A DNA stretch of 64,000 bases. Source: Candidatus Latescibacterota bacterium (GTDB taxonomy: Bacteria > Latescibacterota > UBA2968 > UBA8231). Both the position numbers and the translations under genes were made by a program. Below are positions 9,930-19,729 of this stretch, piece after piece; position 1 is the stretch's first letter, and each line of letters begins with the position of its first letter. Below the pieces are notes generated by a model. The model was not told where the DNA came from, made no database searches, and saw nothing but the letters and a program-made list of their open reading frames with translations. Where the stretch lies: assembly GCA_964291625.2 (NCBI GenBank), contig OZ220089.1, forward strand, positions 4,608,001 to 4,672,000. The letters run 5' to 3'.

Positions 9930-11099
9930 ATGAGGCTGGACGCGGACTCGATCCCGCGGGCCACGGTGGCGCAGATCGAGGCGGCCCTGGCGGGCGCCGG
10001 CGCCGGCCGGCGGGTCATCGCCCTCCTGGAGCGGGACCCCCGCGCCGGGGTGCGTCGGCTGGCGATGCGCGAGCGGCGGCGCTACCGGGCGCGCATGGCC
10101 GAGAACCGGCGCCGGCGCCGGCTGCGGGATCTCGAGGAGCGCTACTGGCAGGAGGGCCTGTCGCGGGTGGCCGGGGTGGACGAGGTCGGGAGGGGATGCC
10201 TGGCGGGTCCGGTGGTGGCCGCGGCCGTCGTGCTGCCCCCGGAGGCGTCCGGGGCCGTGGAGCTCTTCGACCTCGACGACTCGAAGGTCCTCGACGCCGA
10301 CGCCCGCTCCCGGCTGCGGGACGAGATCCTCGCCCTGGCCCTCTCCTGGGCCGTCGCCCCGGTGGCCGCGGAGGTGATCGACCGGATCAACATCCTCGAG
10401 GCCTCCATGGAGGCGATGCGCATGGCGATCTCGGGCCTCGTGCCGGCCCCGGACCGGGTCCTGGTGGACGGCGCCCGGGCTCCGGGCAGCGGCCTGCCCG
10501 AGACCGCCATCGTCGACGGCGACGCCCGCTCCCTGAGCATCGCCGCCGCCTCGGTGCTGGCCAAGGTGCACCGGGACCGGATGATGGAGGAGCTCCACCC
10601 GCGGTTTCCCGAGTACGGCTTCGACACCAACAAGGGATACGCGAGCCCGGCGCACCGGGAGGCCCTGGCGCGCCACGGTCCCTGCGCGCTCCACCGCCGC
10701 ACGTTCTCGCCCCTGACTCAGCGCGAGCAGCTGAGCCTGGACCTCGGCCCGGACACCGGGCGGGACGGTGAGACCGTCGCCGCCGACTACCTCCTCGAGA
10801 AGGGGTACCGCGTCCTGCACCGCCGCTACCGAGCCTCCGGCGGCGAGATCGATCTCATCGCCGCGGACGGCGACTGCTGTGTCTTCGTCGAGGTCAAGTC
10901 CACCGACCGGGCGTCGGATCGACCGGAGGACCGGGTCCGGCGGGACAAGCGCCGCAAGCTGATCCGCTGTGCCCGTCAGTTCGTGGAGAGATCCGCCGCC
11001 CCGGGGACGGAGTACCGGTTCGACGTCGTCGCCGTCGATCTCTCCGCCCGGACTCCGGCCGTCGAGCACATGGAGGACGCCTTCGACGCCGGGGCCTGA
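9930..11099 (+). CDS. rnhB: Ribonuclease HII fused to a C-terminal YraN (UPF0102) PD-(D/E)XK endonuclease domain
   Basis: GVDEVGRG..AGPV, DDSK, DG, SIAAASVLAKV.RD, NKGY, HRRTF; then GE..A..YL..KGY, GEIDLI, FVEVK, RFDVV in the same frame. Confidence 0.9.
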   Translation: MRLDADSIPRATVAQIEAALAGAGAGRRVIALLERDPRAGVRRLAMRERRRYRARMAENRRRRRLRDLEERYWQEGLSRVAGVDEVGRGCLAGPVVAAAVVLPPEASGAVELFDLDDSKVLDADARSRLRDEILALALSWAVAPVAAEVIDRINILEASMEAMRMAISGLVPAPDRVLVDGARAPGSGLPETAIVDGDARSLSIAAASVLAKVHRDRMMEELHPRFPEYGFDTNKGYASPAHREALARHGPCALHRRTFSPLTQREQLSLDLGPDTGRDGETVAADYLLEKGYRVLHRRYRASGGEIDLIAADGDCCVFVEVKSTDRASDRPEDRVRRDKRRKLIRCARQFVERSAAPGTEYRFDVVAVDLSARTPAVEHMEDAFDAGA

Positions 11100-11114
11100 G
11101 ACGGACCGCCGGTC

Positions 11115-12404
11115 CTACCGCCCCGGTCCTCGGTACACCACCCGTCCGGCCACCACCGTCGCCACCGCCCGTCCGACGAGCTCGGAGCCGGCGAAGGGGG
11201 TGTTGCGCGCCCGGGAGCGGAAGGCGGCGGGGTCGACGGTCCAGCGGCGGGCCGGGTCGATCACCGTGACGTCGCCCGGGTCGCCCTCGGCCAGCCGTCC
11301 GCCGGGCAGACCCAGGATGCGGGCCGGCGCCGCGGACCAGCGATCGACGAGGGCCGGCATGTCGAGCAGGCCGGTCTCCACGAGGGATGCCATCGAGAGT
11401 CCGATGGCCGTCTCCAGCCCGACGATGCCGAAGGCCGCCTCGGGCAGGGGGCAGCTCTTTTCCTCCACCGTGTGCGGCGCGTGATCGGTGGCGATCGTGT
11501 CGACCGTCCCGTCGGCCAGCCCGGCGACGATGGCGGCCACGTCGGCCGCCGAGCGCAGGGGGGGCGCCATCTTCGCCAGCGGTCCCTGGCGGGCCACTTC
11601 CTCATCGGTGAGAATGAAGTGATGGGGCAGCGCTTCGCAGGTCACGGGCAAGCCCTCGGCCTTGGCGGCGCGGACCAGCTCCACCGTTCCCGCGGTGCTG
11701 ATGTGGGCGATGTGCAGGGGCCCGCCGGTCCGGCGGACGAGGTCGATGTCCCGCCGGATCATCTCCTCCTCGCCCGCCGCGGGCATGCCGCGCACGCCCA
11801 GACGGGCGGAGACGGCGCCCTCGTGCATGCAGCCGCCGGCGGTGAGGGACCGCACCTCCTCGTGCGGAAAGAGGGGACGGCCGAGCCGCCGAGCCTCATC
11901 GAGGGCGGCGCACATGAGACCCTCCTCCTCCACCGGGTCGCCGTCGTCGGAGAACGCCACCGCCCCGGCCTCTGCCATCTCCGCGAGGGGGGCCAGCTCC
12001 CGGCCGGCCCGGCCCAGGGTGATCGACCCGATGGCGTGGACCCGGACGCGGGCGTCCCGCGCGGCGCGCCCGGCGAGGTCGCGCACCCGGTCGGCGGAGT
12101 CCGGCGGCGGCTCGGTGTTCGGCATGGCGGCGACAGCGGTGAAGCCGCCCGCGGCGGCGGCGGTGGTGCCGGAGGCGATCGTCTCCTTGTGCTCGAACCC
12201 CGGCTCGCGCAGGTGCACGTGAGAGTCGATGAAGCCCGGGCAGACGATCAGCCCCGCCGCGTCGAGGACCTCCGCTCCCGGCGCTGCCCGGTCGGCGACC
12301 CGGCCTCTGGAGATGATCAGATCGCCCACGGTGTCGACGCCGCGGGCGGGGTCGACGACGTGTCCACCCCGCAGGATCAGGTCCCCCCCGGTCTCTCCCC
12401 TCAT
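11115..12404 (-). CDS. pyrC: Dihydroorotase (type I)
   Basis: DSHVHLREPG, MPNT.P, FSDDG, HIAHIS, K..PPLR, ATDHAPH. Confidence 0.93.
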   Translation of the reverse strand: MRGETGGDLILRGGHVVDPARGVDTVGDLIISRGRVADRAAPGAEVLDAAGLIVCPGFIDSHVHLREPGFEHKETIASGTTAAAAGGFTAVAAMPNTEPPPDSADRVRDLAGRAARDARVRVHAIGSITLGRAGRELAPLAEMAEAGAVAFSDDGDPVEEEGLMCAALDEARRLGRPLFPHEEVRSLTAGGCMHEGAVSARLGVRGMPAAGEEEMIRRDIDLVRRTGGPLHIAHISTAGTVELVRAAKAEGLPVTCEALPHHFILTDEEVARQGPLAKMAPPLRSAADVAAIVAGLADGTVDTIATDHAPHTVEEKSCPLPEAAFGIVGLETAIGLSMASLVETGLLDMPALVDRWSAAPARILGLPGGRLAEGDPGDVTVIDPARRWTVDPAAFRSRARNTPFAGSELVGRAVATVVAGRVVYRGPGR

Positions 12405-14125
12405 TCTCTTCCTTCCTCTGCCTGCCGCAGGCCGCGTAGAAAGCCGCAGGCTTCGGCAGGAGTCATCCACGGCGGCACCGTCCACCCGCGGCGCCTCAGG
12501 GCGACGGCGAGCTGCAGGGCGCCGGGCAGCTCCACGGGATGCTCCGGGTCCGGGGAAGCGCTGATCCGGTCGAGGGTTTGCCGGGTGTCGCCGTGCCACC
12601 GCACCCGTCCGGCGTCCAGACAGGTGATGCGGCCGCAGAGCTCCGCCACGAGGTCCATGTCGTGGCTGATCAGAACCAGCCCGTGGCCGCCGGCGGCGAG
12701 TTCCGTGAGCAGCGCCGCGATTCTCTCCCGGTTGCCGCGGTCGAGCCCGGCGGTGGGCTCGTCCAGGACCAGGATGGAGGGACGGATGGAGAGCACGCCG
12801 GCGATCGCCGCCCGCCGCCGCTCCCCGCCGCTGAGGCCCAGGGGAGGCCGGGAACCGAACTCCGGGGCGGGCAGGCCCACGGCGTCGAGCGCGGCGAGGG
12901 CCCGCCGTTGCGATTCGGCTTCGTCATGGCCGTGGTTCCGCGGGCCGAAGGCGACGTCCTCCTGCACCGTCTCCTCGAAGAGCTGGGTCTCGGGGAACTG
13001 GAAGACCAGCCCCACCTCCCGGCGCACGGCGGCCGCGTCGCCCGTGCGCCATATGTCGCTGCCGTCGAGCAGGACCTGCCCGATCGTCGGCCGCAGCAGC
13101 CCGTTCAGGTGCTGCGCCAGGGTGGTCTTGCCCGAACCACCGGGGCCCAGCAGGCCGGTGATCAGGCCGCCGGGGACCTCCAGGTCGACCCCTTGGAGAG
13201 CCGCCACCGGCGTCGGCAGACCGCCGCGGTAGGTGTGTCCCACCTGCCGTGCGGACAGCCGGCTCGGAGCGGCTTCGGAATCGCCCGAGGTGGGAGCTTC
13301 CGGATGGTGACCGTGGGCGGAGAAGCGGTCCGTCAGCCAGCCGGCGAGTCCCTCCAGATCCAGGGCGTCGGCAGCACTCCCTCCCGCCGCTTCGGCGGCC
13401 TCGGCGGCAAAGGGCGCGGAGAGGCCGATCCGGCGCAGCCGGGAGCCGCCGGAAAACACCTTGGACGGCGGGCCGTCCTCCAGGATCCGGCCCTCGCACA
13501 GGACCAGGAGGCGCCCGGCCTCGGCCGCCTCCTCCGGAGACTGGGTGATCTGCAGGAGGGTCAGGCCGTGTCGGCGCCAGAGCCGGGCCATGGTCTCGAT
13601 CAGTCCCCGGCGGCTCCCCGGGTCCAGCAGAGCCGTGGGCTCATCCAACACGAGGTAGCGGGGCCGCACGGCCACGGCCGAGGCGACGGCGAGCCGCTGG
13701 CGCTCTCCGCCCGACAGCAGATGGGGCGGGTGGTTCCGGTAGACTTCGAGGTTGAACTCCCGCAGGACCTCCTCCACCCGGCGCCGCATGGCCCCCGGCT
13801 CGACGCCGTGGTTCTCCAGTCCGAAGGCGATCTCGGACTCGACCGTCGGTGCCACGAGCTGGTCGTCCGGATGCTGGAAGACCATCGCCACCCGGCGCCG
13901 GATCTCCGGGAGGTGGGCCTCCTCCGCCGTGGACAGACCGTCGACGCTGACGGTGCCCGAGGTCGGCCGTTGAAAGGCGTTGAGGGTGCGGGCGAGGGTG
14001 GTCTTTCCGGAGCCGTTCGGACCCATGAGCGCCACCCACTCGCCCTGGGCCACCTCCAAGTCGACGCCACGCAGGGCCTGGATGCCGCCGGGGTGCTCGA
14101 CGGAGAGGGCTCGAGTACGGATCAT
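12401..14125 (-). CDS. Fused tandem ECF-type ABC ATPase (EcfA1-EcfA2)
   Basis: Two cassettes: GPNGSGKT/FQHPD.Q/LSGGE/LDEP and GPGGSGKT/FQFPE.QLF/LSGGE/LDEP. Confidence 0.88.
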   Translation of the reverse strand: MIRTRALSVEHPGGIQALRGVDLEVAQGEWVALMGPNGSGKTTLARTLNAFQRPTSGTVSVDGLSTAEEAHLPEIRRRVAMVFQHPDDQLVAPTVESEIAFGLENHGVEPGAMRRRVEEVLREFNLEVYRNHPPHLLSGGERQRLAVASAVAVRPRYLVLDEPTALLDPGSRRGLIETMARLWRRHGLTLLQITQSPEEAAEAGRLLVLCEGRILEDGPPSKVFSGGSRLRRIGLSAPFAAEAAEAAGGSAADALDLEGLAGWLTDRFSAHGHHPEAPTSGDSEAAPSRLSARQVGHTYRGGLPTPVAALQGVDLEVPGGLITGLLGPGGSGKTTLAQHLNGLLRPTIGQVLLDGSDIWRTGDAAAVRREVGLVFQFPETQLFEETVQEDVAFGPRNHGHDEAESQRRALAALDAVGLPAPEFGSRPPLGLSGGERRRAAIAGVLSIRPSILVLDEPTAGLDRGNRERIAALLTELAAGGHGLVLISHDMDLVAELCGRITCLDAGRVRWHGDTRQTLDRISASPDPEHPVELPGALQLAVALRRRGWTVPPWMTPAEACGFLRGLRQAEEGRE

Positions 14126-14265
14126 CGCCCGGGAGTGGAGGATGCGTTGCCCCGGCAACTGCGGGGGGTTACCTTCGAAATCCTGCTCATAAGGGCGCCT
14201 GTTCTCCGGCGCCAGTCAAGTGACGCATCGCGGCCGGTGACGGCCGCCAAGCCTGAGAGGCTGCT

Positions 14266-15108
14266 TTGATCCGATCCCTCCTCGCGAGCTTCCGGCGCTC
14301 GCTGGTGCTGGCCGCCGCGCTGTCCATCGGCTGCGCCGACGACGACGACCGCCCGCAGATCACGGGGCCCGAGTTGCCCGCCGCGGAGGGGCGTCTCTAC
14401 CGGATCCAGGAGGTCACCTTTCCCACGGTCGACGAGATCCCCGTGGCGGCCTCCTACGTCCGCGCCGGCGAGGAGACCCGGCCCGTGGTGATCCTCATCC
14501 ACGGCCTCGGAGATCCCCTCGCCCGCCTGGAGTGGGTGCTGTCCGATCGATTTCCGGCGATCCTGGAGGCCGGCTACCACGCCCTGGCCATCGACTTGCG
14601 AGGCCACGGGGAGACCCCCCTGCCCGACGACGGCCGTCCAGCCGGGCAGCTGACCTACGCCGATCTCGAGGAGATGCACCTGGAGGTAGGTGCCGCCATC
14701 AACTGGCTGCGAGGCCAGCCCACGGCGGACAAGGCCCGCATCGGTGTCATCGGCGTCGGCCTCGGCGCCAGTGTTGCCTTCGTGAGCATGGGGGCCTTCG
14801 CCGACGACCTTCGCGCCGGCGTCGCCCTGTCCCCGGGGTTCTGGGATCCCGACCTGCAGCCTGTCGTCATCGGCGGGGGCATCTCACCCTTCGCACCCCA
14901 CACCATTCTCTACCTGGTGGGGGGCGCGGATACCCTGACCCTCGGCGACACCGTCATCAATCTGTGGGAGTGGGCCTCCGTCCTGGCTGAGAACACGCCG
15001 GAGTCGGGCCTGCACATCGTCGAGGAGAGCCCCGCCCACGGCTTCGAGCTGCTGAACACGCCGGGGGTCATGCAGCGGATCCTCGACTGGCTTCAGGCGC
15101 ACCTGTAG
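14266..15108 (+). CDS. Alpha/beta-hydrolase-fold lipoprotein
   Basis: Lipobox LSIGC; LIHGLG, DLRGHGE, RIGVIGVGLGA, HG near the C-terminus. Confidence 0.75.
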   Translation: MIRSLLASFRRSLVLAAALSIGCADDDDRPQITGPELPAAEGRLYRIQEVTFPTVDEIPVAASYVRAGEETRPVVILIHGLGDPLARLEWVLSDRFPAILEAGYHALAIDLRGHGETPLPDDGRPAGQLTYADLEEMHLEVGAAINWLRGQPTADKARIGVIGVGLGASVAFVSMGAFADDLRAGVALSPGFWDPDLQPVVIGGGISPFAPHTILYLVGGADTLTLGDTVINLWEWASVLAENTPESGLHIVEESPAHGFELLNTPGVMQRILDWLQAHL

Positions 15109-15142
15109 CAGAGGCCGCCTCCGGGCGCCGACGGTCCTCCAG

Positions 15143-15832
15143 TTGGCGGGCAAGGTCGCGGTCATCATCCCTGCCCGCAACGAGCAGGACGCCATCCTCC
15201 GCGTCCTGGCCGACATCCCGCCCGCAACCGCAGACGACGTCATCGTCGTCGACAACGACTCCGCGGACGCAACCGCTCAGAGGGCCGCCGAGTGGGGCGC
15301 CCGCGTCGTCCACGAACCGCGAAGGGGGTACGGGCAGGCGTGCCTGGCCGGGATCGCCGCGCTGCATCCGGAGACCGAGATCGTCGTCTTCCTCGATGGC
15401 GACTACAGCGATTACCCCGGGGAGATGGTGGATCTCCTCGAGCCGCTGCGGGCGGGCCAGGCCGACTTCGTCGTCGGCTCACGGGTCCTCGGCCGGCGGG
15501 AGCCCGGGGCGATGCTGCCCCAGGCCCGCTTCGGCAACGCCCTGGCCACCGTCCTGATCCGCTGGCTGTACGGTGTATCGTACACCGATCTCGGGCCCTT
15601 CCGGGCGATCCGGCGGGAAACCCTCGAGCGCATCGGCATGTCCGACCGCGATTTCGGCTGGACCGTCGAGATGCAGGTCAAGGCGGCGCGTCTCGGGGTG
15701 GCCGCCGTCGAGGTGCCGGTCAGCTACCGGCGCCGACTGGCCGGTGCCTCGAAGGTCACCGGGACTCTGGCAGGGACGGTACGGGCCGGGTGGAAGATCC
15801 TGGGCACGATCTTCCTCCACGCCCGTCGGTGA
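15143..15832 (+). CDS. Glycosyltransferase family 2 protein
   Basis: IIPARNE, VVDN.S.D.T, GYG.AC, FLDGD, TDLGPFR, WTVEMQ. Confidence 0.9.
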   Translation: MAGKVAVIIPARNEQDAILRVLADIPPATADDVIVVDNDSADATAQRAAEWGARVVHEPRRGYGQACLAGIAALHPETEIVVFLDGDYSDYPGEMVDLLEPLRAGQADFVVGSRVLGRREPGAMLPQARFGNALATVLIRWLYGVSYTDLGPFRAIRRETLERIGMSDRDFGWTVEMQVKAARLGVAAVEVPVSYRRRLAGASKVTGTLAGTVRAGWKILGTIFLHARR

Positions 15833-15849
15833 GCCGTGCGGAGGCTGTC

Positions 15850-15878
15850 TTGACCCCCTTTCCGACCACCCGTAGCTT
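15850..15878 (+). promoter_or_regulatory. Putative sigma70 promoter upstream of queA
   Basis: TTGACC-N17-TAGCTT. Confidence 0.45.
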
Positions 15879-15903
15879 GCCGCGTCCCGGAGCAAGCCCC
15901 CCC

Positions 15904-16962
15904 ATGCGCCTCGAAGACCTCGACTTCGACCTGCCCGAGGGGCTCGTAGCCCAGTACCCTTCCTCCCGCCGCGACGCATCGCGCCTGCTGGCCATCGATC
16001 GGGATGGCGGCAGCCGGCGCCATCTCCTCTTCCGACAGATTCCCGACCTGCTGTGCCCCGAGGACGTCCTCGTCGTCAACCAGAGCCGGGTGGTGGCCGC
16101 CCGCCTCAACGGACGCAAGGCGAGGACGGGGGGGCGCGTTCAGATCCTGCTCCTCGGCCGCGAGGAGGAGTGCTGGCTGGCCATGGCCCGGCCCCTGAGG
16201 GGACTGGCGCCGGGGGACCGCATCGACCTCGACGGCTCGCAGGAGTCCCTGGAAGTGGTCGGGCGGGTCGAGGACAGGATCCGCGTGCGTCTGCCCCGGG
16301 CGGGGGCAGGGGCGCCCGAGGACGATCCCACCGGTTTCAAGGTCCTCCTGCCGCTGCTGGAGCGGGCCGGCGAGGTGCCGCTGCCTCCCTACATCCGCAG
16401 GGAGGGCGAGCCCCTGGACCGGGACCGCTACCAGACCGTCTACGCCCGTGACCCGGGATCGATCGCCGCCCCCACGGCCGGACTGCACTTCACGGGCGAG
16501 CTGCTGGAACGCATCCGGTCGCTGGGTGTGGCGGTGGCGCACCTCGTCCTCCACGTCGGCCCCGGGACCTTCGAGACCATCCGCTGCGCCGACCCGCGGC
16601 GCCACCGCGTGGCGGCGGAGTACTACCGTCTGCCCGTCCAGACGGCCGAGGAGGTGAACCGGCGCCGCCGGGCGGGAGGCCGGGCGATCGCCGTGGGCAC
16701 CACGGCGGTGCGCGTCCTCGAGTCCGCCTGGGACGGCCGCGGCCTGCGGGCGGGAGAGGGCTGGACTGACCTCGTCATCAAACCTCCCCACCACTTCCGG
16801 GCGGTGGACGCCCTGATCACCAACTTCCACCGGCCGCGATCCAGCCTTCTCATGCTGGCCGCCGCCTTTGCCGGCCGCCACCGGCTGCTGGACGCCTACG
16901 CCGAAGCGGTGCGCAAGGAGTATCGCTTCCACAGCTATGGCGATGCCATGTTCATCGCCTGA
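15904..16962 (+). CDS. queA: S-adenosylmethionine:tRNA ribosyltransferase-isomerase
   Basis: PLPPYI, YQTVYA, GSIAAPTAGLHF, HVGPGTF, TNFH, YRFHSYGDAM. Confidence 0.96.
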   Translation: MRLEDLDFDLPEGLVAQYPSSRRDASRLLAIDRDGGSRRHLLFRQIPDLLCPEDVLVVNQSRVVAARLNGRKARTGGRVQILLLGREEECWLAMARPLRGLAPGDRIDLDGSQESLEVVGRVEDRIRVRLPRAGAGAPEDDPTGFKVLLPLLERAGEVPLPPYIRREGEPLDRDRYQTVYARDPGSIAAPTAGLHFTGELLERIRSLGVAVAHLVLHVGPGTFETIRCADPRRHRVAAEYYRLPVQTAEEVNRRRRAGGRAIAVGTTAVRVLESAWDGRGLRAGEGWTDLVIKPPHHFRAVDALITNFHRPRSSLLMLAAAFAGRHRLLDAYAEAVRKEYRFHSYGDAMFIA

Positions 16963-16963
16963 C

Positions 16964-18093
16964 ATGGCGACGGCCGCCGCCATCGTCCCCGCTGCCGGCC
17001 GGGGCCTCCGCATGGGCGAGGGGCCGGCCAAGCAGTACCGGCTGCTGGGCGGGCGCCCGATCCTCTGGCACACCCTGGCGCGCCTGCAGGCCAGCCCGAG
17101 GATCCGTCGGATCATCGCGGCCATCCACGGCGATGACGAGGAGCGCTTCGGGTGCATCTCCTCCGATCCCCTCCTCGACAAGCTCCAGGCTCCGGTCCTC
17201 GGCGGTTCCACGCGGTCGGAGTCGGTGCGGGCGGGGTTGGAGGCCCTCGGCGGCGAAGAGCTCGTCCTCGTGCACGACGCCGTGCGGCCGTGGGTGTCGA
17301 CGGACCTGATCGAGCGCATCGCGGCGGTGGCGGAGGAACACGGGGCCGCGGTGCCCGTCCTGCCGGTGACGGAGACGATCAAGGTCGTCGACGGCGGCCG
17401 GGTCCTGGAGTCCCCGGACCGCAGCCGTCTCTTCCGGGCCCAGACCCCCAGGGTTTCCGCCGCTCCCTGCTGGATGCGGCCTTTCGATCCCCCGCGCCGG
17501 GGCCGCAGCCGACGGACGAAGCCTCCATGCTGGAGCGGGCGGGGATCCCGGTGCACGTGGTGCGAGGAGAAGAGGCGAACGTGAAGATCACCCACCCCGA
17601 GGATCTCCGGATCGCCGCCGAGATGCGCACCGGGATCGGTTACGACGTGCACGCCTTCGCCGCCGGCCGGCCGCTGGTCCTCGGCGGCGTCACCATCCGG
17701 TCCGACCGGGGACTCCTGGGTCACTCGGACGCGGACGTCCTCACCCATGCCGTCATCGACGCCCTCCTGGGAGCCGCCGGCCTGGGGGACATCGGCCGCC
17801 TCTTCCCCGACGAAGACCCGGAGTACGAGGGCATATCCAGCCTCGTCCTGCTCGCCAGGGTGCGGGATCGCCTGCGGGCGGTGGCGGCGGAGGTCGTCAA
17901 CGTCGATGCCGTGGTCATGGCGCAGGCGCCGAAGCTGGCCCGCCACGCCGGCGCCATGGCCGAGGCCCTCGCCGGCGCCCTGGGGATCGATCCCGGCCGG
18001 ATCAGCGTCAAGGCGACGACCACCGAGCGTCTCGGGTTCGTCGGCCGGCAGGAGGGGATGGCGGCGCAGGCCGTGGCCTCGGTGCGGCTCTGA
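16964..18093 (+). CDS. ispDF: Bifunctional IspD/IspF with an apparent 1-nt frameshift in the C run at 17445-17449
   Basis: AAG.G.RM, KQY, HDAVRP, QTP| then QGF...KITHPEDL continuing into [28 protein letters not shown] in the shifted frame. Confidence 0.88.
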
Positions 18094-18096
18094 CCC

Positions 18097-18741
18097 GTGG
18101 GGGAGTATTTCGAGCAGCTGGTGCAGCGGATCGGGGAGCTCCCGGCGCCCTGGGCCTATGCCGCCCTGGGCCTGAGCGCCTTCCTCGAGAACGTGCTGCC
18201 GCCGGTTCCGGGCGACATGGTGGTCGTGTTCTCCGCCTACCTGGCCGGCCGGGGGGTGCTCTCCTGGGTCCCGGTCTACGCCGTGACCTGCCTGGGGGGA
18301 ACGGCGGGGTTCCTGGTCATGTACGCCATCGGCCGGTCCCAGGGCCGCGGGATTCTCCATGGCGGCGGCTGGCGCGCCCGGGTATTCCCGGAGCGGCGGA
18401 TGCAGCGGGCGTCCCGGTGGCTGCAGCGCTACGGCGCCTGGCTCGTCCTCGGCAATCGGTTTCTCAGCGGCGTAAGGTCGGTCATCGCCATCAGCGCGGG
18501 CTTCGGGGGGCTGGGCTGGCCCACGGTGGCGGGGCTGGGCATGGTGAGCATGCTCCTGTGGAACGGCCTTCTCCTGTACGCGGGGATGGCCCTCGGGGAG
18601 AACTGGGACCGGGTCTCGGAGCTGCTTGCCCGGTACAACCGGGGGATGATGGTCCTGCTGGCCGCCGCCGCGGCCCTGGCCGGGCTACGCGTGTGGCTGC
18701 GGCGTCGTTCCATCATTGACAATCGGAACCGTTCGGGATAG
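18097..18741 (+). CDS. DedA family membrane protein
   Basis: [19 protein letters not shown] motifs; hydrophobic. Confidence 0.88.
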   Translation: MGEYFEQLVQRIGELPAPWAYAALGLSAFLENVLPPVPGDMVVVFSAYLAGRGVLSWVPVYAVTCLGGTAGFLVMYAIGRSQGRGILHGGGWRARVFPERRMQRASRWLQRYGAWLVLGNRFLSGVRSVIAISAGFGGLGWPTVAGLGMVSMLLWNGLLLYAGMALGENWDRVSELLARYNRGMMVLLAAAAALAGLRVWLRRRSIIDNRNRSG

Positions 18742-18744
18742 CTT
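18716..18744 (+). promoter_or_regulatory. Putative sigma70 promoter of the rplM operon, inside the dedA 3' end
   Basis: TTGACA-N17-TAGCTT. Confidence 0.6.
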
Positions 18745-18818
18745 CACATGTTCCTTTCGAATTGCCGCGAGCAGCTGTCGCGCCTCCAATGCCGGGCTCT
18801 CAAAAGGTGGATCCGGAG

Positions 18819-19253
18819 TTGACGACACGGACCTATTCCCCGAAAGGGGCCGAGATCGAGAACCGCTGGTACCTGGTCGATGCCGAGGGCAAGACCCTCG
18901 GCCGACTGGCGACCCGGATCGCCCACTACCTGCGCGGCAAGCACAAGCCCGCCTATACGCCTCACCACGATATGGGAGACCACATCGTGGTCATCAACGC
19001 CGAGAAGATCCGCGTCACGGGCAACAAGGCCGAGCAGAAGGTCTACTACCGGCACACCGGCTATCCCGGCGGCATCCGCACCACCAGCTTCGCCCAGATG
19101 ATGGAGAAGCACCCGGAGCGCATTCTGCGCACGGCCGTCAGAGGCATGCTGCCCCGCACGCCCCTCGGCCGGCGCATGTTCAAGAAACTGAGGGTCTACG
19201 TCGGCGGCGAGCACGGCCACGGGGCCCAGCAACCCGAAGTGCTCGACCTCTAG
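18819..19253 (+). CDS. rplM: 50S ribosomal protein L13
   Basis: WYLVDA, LGRLAT, GKHKP.YTP, HTGYPGG, GMLP; TTG start. Confidence 0.96.
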   Translation: MTTRTYSPKGAEIENRWYLVDAEGKTLGRLATRIAHYLRGKHKPAYTPHHDMGDHIVVINAEKIRVTGNKAEQKVYYRHTGYPGGIRTTSFAQMMEKHPERILRTAVRGMLPRTPLGRRMFKKLRVYVGGEHGHGAQQPEVLDL

Positions 19254-19274
19254 GTCGGAACGCGTCGAGGAATC

Positions 19275-19670
19275 ATGGCTGAGGAACACAGGTTCGAAGC
19301 GACAGGACGCCGCAAGACCTCCGTGGCGAGAGTGCGGTTGCACCCCGGGTCCGGGCAGATCCTGATCAACGGCCGCCGCGTCGAGGACTACCTGAGGCGC
19401 GACGCTCTCGAGATGATCATGGTCCAGCCCTTGCAGGTGACGGAATCGCGTGACAAGTTCGACATCCACATCAGCAGCCAGGGCGGCGGCCTGCGCGGTC
19501 AGGCAGGCGCCATGTCCCTCGGAATCGCCCGTGCCCTGGTGGCGTACGACCCCACCATGCGGACGACCCTGAAGAAGGCCGGCTTCCTGACTCGCGATCC
19601 CCGCGAGAAGGAACGCAAGAAGTACGGACTCGCCGGCGCCCGAAAGCGCTTCCAGTTCTCCAAGAGATAG
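19275..19670 (+). CDS. rpsI: 30S ribosomal protein S9
   Basis: TGRRKTSVARV, GGG..GQ, ERKKYG, QFSKR. Confidence 0.98.
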   Translation: MAEEHRFEATGRRKTSVARVRLHPGSGQILINGRRVEDYLRRDALEMIMVQPLQVTESRDKFDIHISSQGGGLRGQAGAMSLGIARALVAYDPTMRTTLKKAGFLTRDPREKERKKYGLAGARKRFQFSKR

Positions 19671-19729
19671 GCGCGCCGCCGGCGAGCCGGGTGGAAGCCT
19701 CAACCAGCTCCCCAGGAGACGACTCCTCC

